Shown piece after piece: positions 9,244 to 17,346 of a stretch of DNA of 32,000 nucleotides. The notes beneath the pieces are model-generated. The model had not been told where the DNA came from and did no database searches. It was given only the letters and a program-made list of their open reading frames with translations. The translations under genes were made by a program, and so were the position numbers. The first letter of the stretch is position 1, and every line of letters starts with the position of its first letter. The stretch comes from Pseudomonas aeruginosa. Its GTDB lineage: Bacteria; Pseudomonadota; Gammaproteobacteria; Pseudomonadales; Pseudomonadaceae. The stretch spans positions 3,960,001 to 3,992,000 of the forward strand of contig NZ_LN831024.1 of the NCBI RefSeq assembly GCF_001457615.1, read 5' to 3'.

Positions 9244-10626
9244 ATGGACGATTCCGAACTCTACCGATCCCTCTGCGAGATCCTCGGCGCCCGTGGCGTG
9301 CGCGACAGTGCCGCGCTCGCCGGGCAGGACCCCGGCTACCATCCGCAGAACCTCGCCGGAAGCTTCCTGGTCCTGCCGGAAAGCACCGACCAAGTCGCCG
9401 CCGTGGTGCGTCTGTGCCGCCAGGCAGGACGCGCCCTGGTACCCCAGGGCGGACTCACCGGCCTGGTCGGCGGCGGCGCCGCGCAAGCCGGCGACGTGCT
9501 GCTCTCGCTGCGCAGGCTGAACCGCATACATCGGCTGGATGCGGCCAGCCAGACCCTCGACCTCGACGCCGGCGTAACCCTCGAACAGGCCCAGGCGCTG
9601 GCCGCCGATGCCGGACTCGACCCCGGCATCGATCTCGCCGCGCGCGGCAGCGCCAGCATCGGCGGGCTGGTCGCGACCAACGCCGGCGGCATCCGCGCCT
9701 TCCGCTTCGGCACCATGCGCCAGCGCGTGCTCGGCCTGGAAGCGGTACTCGCCGACGGCAGCGTCTACAGCGACCTGCGCGGGCTGCTGAAGAACACCAC
9801 CGGCTACGACCTCAAGCAGTTGTTCGTCGGCGCCGAAGGCACCCTCGGCATCGTCACCCGTGCGGTACTGCGCCTGGAGCCGTTGCAGCGTCCCGGCGCC
9901 ACCGCCCTGCTCGGCCTGCCCGACGTCGACGCGGCGATCACCATCGCCGCGCGCCTGCGCCGCGAGCACGCCGAACGCCTGTTCGCCTGCGAGATCCTCT
10001 GGCACGACTACCTGCAATGCACCGCCGCACCCATGGGCGACAGCGCGCCGAGCCTGGCGCCCTGCCCTCTCTACCTGCTGGTGGAACTGGCCGAGGACCG
10101 CCACCTGGATGCCGGCGAGGCGCTCACCGCCCTGCTGGAAGACTGCTTCGAGGACGGGCTGGTGGAAGACGCCCTGCTCGCCGCCAACGAAACCCAGCGC
10201 CTGGCCATCTGGCGCCTGCGCGAAGACTCCGACGCGGCCATCCACGCCGGCGTCGACAGCCTGTCCTTCGACGTATCGCTCCCGGTGCCGGCCCTGGCCG
10301 GCTACGTCGAGCGCATCCGGCGGCGCCTGGACGACCTGGTGAAGGGCATGCAGGTCTTCCTCTTCGGCCATTTCCTCGACGGCAACCTGCACGTCATGCT
10401 CGCCGCCGACGTCCCGCTGCTGCCGCTGCACCAGGCGGTGGAGGAAATCCTCTACGGCGAGTTGGGCGAATGCGCTGGCGTGATCTCCGCCGAGCACGGC
10501 ATCGGCCTGGAGAAGAAGGAAGCCCTGGGACGCTACGCCGATCCGCTGAAGCTCGCGCTGATGGCGCAGATCAAGGAACTGCTCGACCCCAGCGGGCTGT
10601 TCAACCCGGGCAAGGTCATACCCTGA
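9244..10626 (+). CDS. FAD-linked oxidoreductase of the GlcD / D-2-hydroxyacid dehydrogenase family
   Basis: 460 aa: LVPQGGLTGLVGG FAD-binding loop, GGLVATNAGGIRAFRFGTMRQRVLGLEAVLADG, C-terminal SAEHGIGLEKKEALGRYADPLKLALMAQIKELLDPSGLFNPGK. Confidence 0.92.
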   Translation: MDDSELYRSLCEILGARGVRDSAALAGQDPGYHPQNLAGSFLVLPESTDQVAAVVRLCRQAGRALVPQGGLTGLVGGGAAQAGDVLLSLRRLNRIHRLDAASQTLDLDAGVTLEQAQALAADAGLDPGIDLAARGSASIGGLVATNAGGIRAFRFGTMRQRVLGLEAVLADGSVYSDLRGLLKNTTGYDLKQLFVGAEGTLGIVTRAVLRLEPLQRPGATALLGLPDVDAAITIAARLRREHAERLFACEILWHDYLQCTAAPMGDSAPSLAPCPLYLLVELAEDRHLDAGEALTALLEDCFEDGLVEDALLAANETQRLAIWRLREDSDAAIHAGVDSLSFDVSLPVPALAGYVERIRRRLDDLVKGMQVFLFGHFLDGNLHVMLAADVPLLPLHQAVEEILYGELGECAGVISAEHGIGLEKKEALGRYADPLKLALMAQIKELLDPSGLFNPGKVIP

Positions 10627-10670
10627 ACGCCTATCCTTCTGGGATAGCCTTTCCACCGACAGAGACCGCG

Positions 10671-11399
10671 ATGAGAATCGTCAGCCGCGACCGCTGGTTC
10701 GAAACCCGGCACTTCTACAACGGTATCAGCCTGATCCACGAGCCCTACGTGCGCCCCTTCTATCGCTGCAACATGTGGCATGTCCAGGGCCGCGAGCGCG
10801 ACGTGCTGGTGGACAGCGGCTCCGGTCTGGTCAGCCTGCGCGAGCAACTGCCCTGGCTCACCGAACGACCGCTGCTGGCGGTGGCCAGCCACACCCACTT
10901 CGACCATATCGCCGGCCACCACGAATTCGCCGAGCGCCTGGCGCATCCGGCCGAGGCGGAGATCCTCGCCGCGCCGGACGGCGACAACACCCTGGCGCGC
11001 GCCTATGTTGGCGACGAGATGTTCGAGGCGCATCCGGAGTGCCCGCTGTGCTACGCCGAATACCGGGTGCGAGCAGCGCCGGCGACCCGACTGATCGACG
11101 AAGGCGACGTGCTCGATCTCGGCGACCGCGTGCTGCAGGTGCTGCACACGCCCGGGCACTCGCCGGGCGGCATCAGCCTGTGGGAAGCGGCTACACAGAC
11201 GCTGTTTTCCGGCGACATCGTCTACGACGGTCCGCTGGTCGAGGACGCCTATCATTCCAACCTCGACGACTATGCCTCCAGCCTCGCGCGCCTGCGCGAG
11301 CTACCGGTGCGCACCGTGCATGGCGGGCATTTCGCGAGCTTTTCCGGGGAGCGTTTGCGGGAAATGATCGTCGCCTGGTTCAGGAACCACGATCGATAG
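10671..11399 (+). CDS. Metallo-beta-lactamase-fold hydrolase
   Basis: Embedded in ORF-track frame 9414..11399. ATG at 10671 gives a 242 aa protein MRIVSRDRWFETRHFYNGISLIHEPYV... with SHTHFDHIAGHHEF, LHTPGHSPGGISL and LFSGDIV motifs. Confidence 0.93.
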   Translation: MRIVSRDRWFETRHFYNGISLIHEPYVRPFYRCNMWHVQGRERDVLVDSGSGLVSLREQLPWLTERPLLAVASHTHFDHIAGHHEFAERLAHPAEAEILAAPDGDNTLARAYVGDEMFEAHPECPLCYAEYRVRAAPATRLIDEGDVLDLGDRVLQVLHTPGHSPGGISLWEAATQTLFSGDIVYDGPLVEDAYHSNLDDYASSLARLRELPVRTVHGGHFASFSGERLREMIVAWFRNHDR

Positions 11400-11412
11400 A
11401 CCAAAACCGGGA

Positions 11413-11443
11413 CTCTGGCCAGCGCCGCAGGCGGAGGCCAGAG
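11413..11443 (-). terminator. Long terminal hairpin of the sicX/PA1414 transcript
   Basis: Minus strand CTCTGGCC-TC-CGCC-TGC-GGCG-CT-GGCCAGAG, then TCCCGGTTTTGG. Strong stem, short and offset T tract; it may be an imperfect or bidirectional 3' structure. Confidence 0.5.
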
Positions 11444-11458
11444 CGTCGGGGAACCGGC

Positions 11459-11593
11459 TCAGCGACGTTGCCGCGCGGCGAGGCGCCGGCGTTGCTCGTC
11501 GTTTTCCACCGGGATGGGTTGCATGCGCGGGGGCTCGATCAGGCCAAGGGCGACACCGAGTTGCCACGCCAGGTTTTGCAGCCAGAGTTTCAT
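11459..11593 (-). CDS. Small ORF (44 aa) within the PA1414/sicX transcript, MKLWLQNLAWQLGVALGLIEPPRMQPIPVENDEQRRRLAARQRR
   Basis: ATG at 11593 preceded by AAGGGG at SD spacing. The longer 77-aa form (GTG at 11692) has no properly spaced SD. Confidence 0.6.
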   Translation of the reverse strand: MKLWLQNLAWQLGVALGLIEPPRMQPIPVENDEQRRRLAARQRR

Positions 11594-11737
11594 GACAGGC
11601 CCCTTGTCCAAGGGAAGGAGAATCGGGCGACCTGACAAGTCAGGTCGCCCTAGGAAAGAGTAGACCGGCGTCCCACTCTCCGCACGTTCCACTCCGTCCT
11701 TGGAAACAACTTTACTGCGGGAAACCGGCCCCGGACC

Positions 11738-11751
11738 CTGACCTGAATCAA
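11738..11751 (-). promoter_or_regulatory. Degenerate Anr/FNR-type box TTGATTCAGGTCAG
   Basis: Minus strand TTGAT-TCAG-GTCAG versus consensus TTGAT-N4-ATCAA (8/10 positions). Centre 11744.5 is 42-43 bp upstream of the start predicted from the -10-like TAAAGT (11709-11714). Confidence 0.65.
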
Positions 11752-12653
11752 GCCAACGCCGATTCTCGCCCTTGCAGGAGACCGATCCAGGCCTTCAGGT
11801 TGGCGCCGACCATGCCCTTGCGCCAGACCAGCCAGGTATTCGCCCGGGCGAACGGTTCGGCCAGCGCATGCACCGCCACCGACTCCCGCCCCGGCAGGCT
11901 TTGCAGCATCGACACCGGCATCAGCGCCACCCCGCCGCCGGCCACCACGCAGGCCAGCATGCTGTGGTAGGACTCGATCTCCATCACCCGGCCCATGCTC
12001 ACCCGCGCGCTGGCGAACCAGGACTCCAGCAGCAGGCGATAGGAGCAGCGCGGGCGGAAGGCGATCACCGCGCTGCCGGCCACATCCTCGGGACCGCGCA
12101 CCGGCGGGTGGCCATTCTCGGTGACCAGCACCATGCGCTCCTCGAACATCGGCAGGCCCTCCAGACCGTCGAAGTCCAGCGGGCCGTCCACCAGCACGGC
12201 ATCCAGGCGCCCGCCCAGCAGCGACTCGACCAGCTCGCCGCTGGGCGCGGTCTGCAATTGCAGGTTCACCGCCGGATAGCGCCGGTGGTATTCCGCCAGG
12301 CGCGGCGGCAGGTGGATCGCCGCGGTGCTGTACATCGAGCCGAGGGCGAAGTCGCCCACCGGTTCGCCCCCCTGCACCGCCGCGCGCGCCTCCTCCTGCA
12401 GGGCGAACAGCCGCGCGGCGTAGTCCAGCAGGACCTTGCCGGCCGGCGACAGTTGCAGGCGCTGGCGTTCGCGGAGGAACAGGTCGACGCCAAGCTGTTC
12501 CTCCAGTTGCCGCAGGCGCGTCGACAGGTTCGACGGCACCCGGTGCAGGCGTTCGGCGGCGCGGGCGATGGAGCCTTCCTCGGCGACCGCCTGGAAAATC
12601 CTCAACTGGCCGAACTCCACGACTAATTCTCCAAAACAGAACAAGTAATTCAC
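11748..12653 (-). CDS. LysR-type transcriptional regulator
   Basis: 301 aa: MNYLFCFGELVVEFGQLRIFQAVAEEGSIARAAERLHRVPSNLSTRLRQLEEQLGVDLFLRERQRLQLSPAG. Confidence 0.93.
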   Translation of the reverse strand: MNYLFCFGELVVEFGQLRIFQAVAEEGSIARAAERLHRVPSNLSTRLRQLEEQLGVDLFLRERQRLQLSPAGKVLLDYAARLFALQEEARAAVQGGEPVGDFALGSMYSTAAIHLPPRLAEYHRRYPAVNLQLQTAPSGELVESLLGGRLDAVLVDGPLDFDGLEGLPMFEERMVLVTENGHPPVRGPEDVAGSAVIAFRPRCSYRLLLESWFASARVSMGRVMEIESYHSMLACVVAGGGVALMPVSMLQSLPGRESVAVHALAEPFARANTWLVWRKGMVGANLKAWIGLLQGRESALA

Positions 12654-12724
12654 GATTATTCATTTTTACAGAATTGCCGCAAGACCTAACCTGCTGCCAT
12701 TCATCCCCCGGCAGGAATCCGCAC

Positions 12725-13918
12725 ATGTCCCGTGATTTTCTTCGTTCGCCGCTGGTCGGCCTGCTCGCCTGCCTGCTGGCACTGGTGGTCGCCATGGGGG
12801 TCGGGCGCTTCTCCCTGACCCCGCAACTGCCGCACCTGATCCGCGAAGGCCAGCTCGACCTGACCGGCGCCGGCCTGCTGGCCGCCGCCAACTACCTCGG
12901 CTACCTGGTCGGCGCGCTGGACGCGCTGTTCGCCCGCGAAGCGCGGCAGGCGCGCTTACGCCTGCTGGTCGGGCTATGGGCCTGCTTCGGCCTGACCCTG
13001 GCCTCGGTCTGGGCCGAGGGCTTCTGGCCGCACGCGCTGCTGCGCTTCGGTCTTGGCGTGGCCAGCGCCTGGGTACTGATCATGGTCACCGCCCTCAGCC
13101 AGCGCCTCGCCGCGGAAAGCGGTCGGGCCCGACTGGGCGCGCTGGTGTTCGCCGGCCCCGGCATCGGGGTGATGGTCACCGGCCTGCTGGCGGCATTGGG
13201 CAACGCCCTGGGCCAGGACTCGGTGTTCATCTGGAAGCTCTTCGCCGACCTCGCGCTGGTCCTGATCCTCATGCTCCTGCCGCTGCTGCCGCGCCCGGCC
13301 GCACGCAGCGCCGGCCACGACGCGCCTGCCACGGCAAGCGAGAACGCCGGCCTCGGCCGCCTGACCTGGGCCTACGGACTGGTCGGCCTCGGCTACATCA
13401 TCCCGGCCACCTTTCTCTCGCAGATGGCCGCGGCGCGTTTCCACGGGCAATGGCAGGCCGACCTGTTCTGGCCCTGCTTCGGCCTGGCCTCGGCCACCGG
13501 GGTAGTGCTGATCAGCCTGCGCCGGCAGCGCCCGGACGGCACCCGCCGCTGGCTGGTCGGCGCGCTCTGGCTACAGGCCCTCGGCGTGCTCGCCTGCCTG
13601 CTGCCGGGGATCGGCGGGCTGGCCCTGGGGGTAGTGCTGACCGGCCTGCCGTTCCTCGCCGGCATGCAACTGGTGATGCAATACGCCCGCGAACTGGCGC
13701 CGCATACGCCGCAGCGCAACGCCGGCCAACTGACCACCGGTTTCGCCCTCGGCCAGTTGCTCGGCCCGCTGCTGGCGGCGCTCAGCACGCATTTCGCCGG
13801 CGGCCTGCAACCGGCGCTGGCGCTCGCCGGGCTCGGCCTGGTCTTCGCCGGCCTGCTGTTGCGCCGGCCGCACTCGCTCAGCGTCGCAGCAGGCGTCGCA
13901 GCCACTGCTCGCCGCTGA
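12725..13918 (+). CDS. MFS transporter, YbfB/YjiJ-like
   Basis: MSRDFLRSPLVGLLACLLALVVAMGVGRFSLTPQLPHLIREGQLDLTGAGLLAAANYLGYLVGAL...; ORF-track start 12674 but M18 (12725) is preferred. Confidence 0.88.
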   Translation: MSRDFLRSPLVGLLACLLALVVAMGVGRFSLTPQLPHLIREGQLDLTGAGLLAAANYLGYLVGALDALFAREARQARLRLLVGLWACFGLTLASVWAEGFWPHALLRFGLGVASAWVLIMVTALSQRLAAESGRARLGALVFAGPGIGVMVTGLLAALGNALGQDSVFIWKLFADLALVLILMLLPLLPRPAARSAGHDAPATASENAGLGRLTWAYGLVGLGYIIPATFLSQMAAARFHGQWQADLFWPCFGLASATGVVLISLRRQRPDGTRRWLVGALWLQALGVLACLLPGIGGLALGVVLTGLPFLAGMQLVMQYARELAPHTPQRNAGQLTTGFALGQLLGPLLAALSTHFAGGLQPALALAGLGLVFAGLLLRRPHSLSVAAGVAATARR

Positions 13919-14789
13919 CCAGGGTGATGCCGGCGAGGACCAGCGCCGCGCCGGCGACGAAGTTCAGGCTGAGCGGCTCGCCCAGCAGCAATACGCCGAA
14001 GGTGACGCCGAACAGGGGGGTCATGAAGGAGAAGATCGCCAGGTTGTTCGCCAGGTAGCGACGCAGCAGCCAGAACCAGCAGAAGTAGCTGGCGAACGAC
14101 ACCACCACGCCCTGGAACAGCACGCTGGCGGTGCTCACCGGGGTCCAGCGGACCTCGCCGAGCTGGCCGCTGAAAAGAGCGATCAGCAATAACCCGGCGC
14201 ATGCCACGAACAATTGGTAGAACAGCGTCAGGCTTGGCGGTGCCTCGGACAGCCGGGTGCCGCGCACTGCCACCGTGGTCGCGCCCCAGGACATCCCGGC
14301 GAGCAGGCCGAAGGCGTCACCGAGCAGCATCCGCCCATCCATTTCCGCCCACGACAGGCCTCCGCCGAAGGCCACCGCGATGCCGCTGAAGCACACCGCC
14401 ACGCCCAGCCACTGCAAGGGCCGCAGGCGTTCGCTGGGAAGCAGGAAGTGCAGCCCGAGGGCAGAGAAGATCGGCGCGGTATAGAGGAACACCGACATGT
14501 GCGAAGCCGTGGTGTATTGCAGGCCGAGGGCGATGAACAGGAACTCCAGGGCGAACAGCGTGCCGGTCAGCAGGCCGGCGCCCAGGGTGCCCTGGCGCAA
14601 GCCCTCCCAGCCGCCGCGCCAGCACATCAGCAGGCCGACCAGGGCGGCGGCGATGCCGGAACGGATGGCCGCCTGCATCACCGGCGCGATGTCCGTCGCC
14701 GCCCACTTGATGGTCACCTGCTGGATGCCCCAGATCACGCAGAGCAACAGCATGGTCTGGAAGGCGAAGGCATCGGCGGACTTACGCAT
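13878..14789 (-). CDS. EamA/DMT-family transporter
   Basis: MRKSADAFAFQTMLLLCVIWGIQQVTIKWAATDIAPVMQAAIRSGIAAALVG... with two EamA-like repeats; preferred start at CAT 14787-14789. Confidence 0.88.
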   Translation of the reverse strand: MRKSADAFAFQTMLLLCVIWGIQQVTIKWAATDIAPVMQAAIRSGIAAALVGLLMCWRGGWEGLRQGTLGAGLLTGTLFALEFLFIALGLQYTTASHMSVFLYTAPIFSALGLHFLLPSERLRPLQWLGVAVCFSGIAVAFGGGLSWAEMDGRMLLGDAFGLLAGMSWGATTVAVRGTRLSEAPPSLTLFYQLFVACAGLLLIALFSGQLGEVRWTPVSTASVLFQGVVVSFASYFCWFWLLRRYLANNLAIFSFMTPLFGVTFGVLLLGEPLSLNFVAGAALVLAGITLVSGEQWLRRLLRR

Positions 14790-14994
14790 GGCGGACTCAC
14801 AGGCAGGCATGGAAGGAAGCGGCCGCCAGCGGCGACCGTCGGGCAGCGCCATTATGGACAAGCCGGCGCGCCCGGTCGAAGCCTGGAAGCGACCTCCAGC
14901 GGGCCGTGGGCGGCGGTTCCGGCCTGCTTGCCTGGCCTGGCCTGGCCTGGGGGACGCTATCCGTCCTGCGAACCCGCCATCTGGCCGCGGCCGC

Positions 14995-17137
<2,143 letters not shown>

Positions 17138-17346
17138 GGAGAGACCTCGCAGGTTTCTTGTTCTTGGTGGAGGGATTCTGCCCAGCGCGCGGTCGCGACA
17201 AAACGGCGGCGGCGGCCAAAAAGGGATCGATATGGCCAGAATTCATGTCCCTTTAGCGCCGCCTGGCGATTATCGACGCGGGGAATTACTCGGCGCCCGC
17301 GCCGGTCCATACTGCTTGAGCCAGTCAGGATCGAAAGGGGGATTCG

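Larger units (their letters stand above)
11400..11702 (-). ncRNA. sicX: SicX small-RNA locus / PA1414 transcript (low-oxygen-induced); exact mature ends not determinable here
   Basis: Position between an MBL-fold gene and a LysR gene matches the PA1413-PA1415 interval of P. aeruginosa. Sequence shows an Anr-like box, a -10, a 12-bp inverted repeat, a CU-rich stretch and a terminal hairpin. The interval given is the whole candidate primary transcript, not a mapped mature RNA. Confidence 0.7.

Noticed and set aside
9055-10656. 533-aa minus-strand ORF opposite the FAD oxidoreductase
   Set aside because: Shadow ORF opposite a clearly functional gene; no recognisable domain.
9414-10670. Upstream part of the 661-aa ORF 9414..11399 in an alternative frame
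   Set aside because: Arg/Pro-rich translation overlapping the FAD oxidoreductase; only the portion from ATG 10671 is a real protein (MBL fold).
11650-12891. 413-aa minus-strand ORF overlapping the LysR gene
   Set aside because: Out-of-frame Arg/Gly/Pro-rich translation of the LysR coding DNA; the 301-aa LysR frame has clear homology signatures.
13878-13918. 41-bp convergent overlap between the MFS and EamA transporter genes
   Set aside because: Real but modest tail-to-tail overlap, common in compact bacterial genomes; no conserved structure seen.
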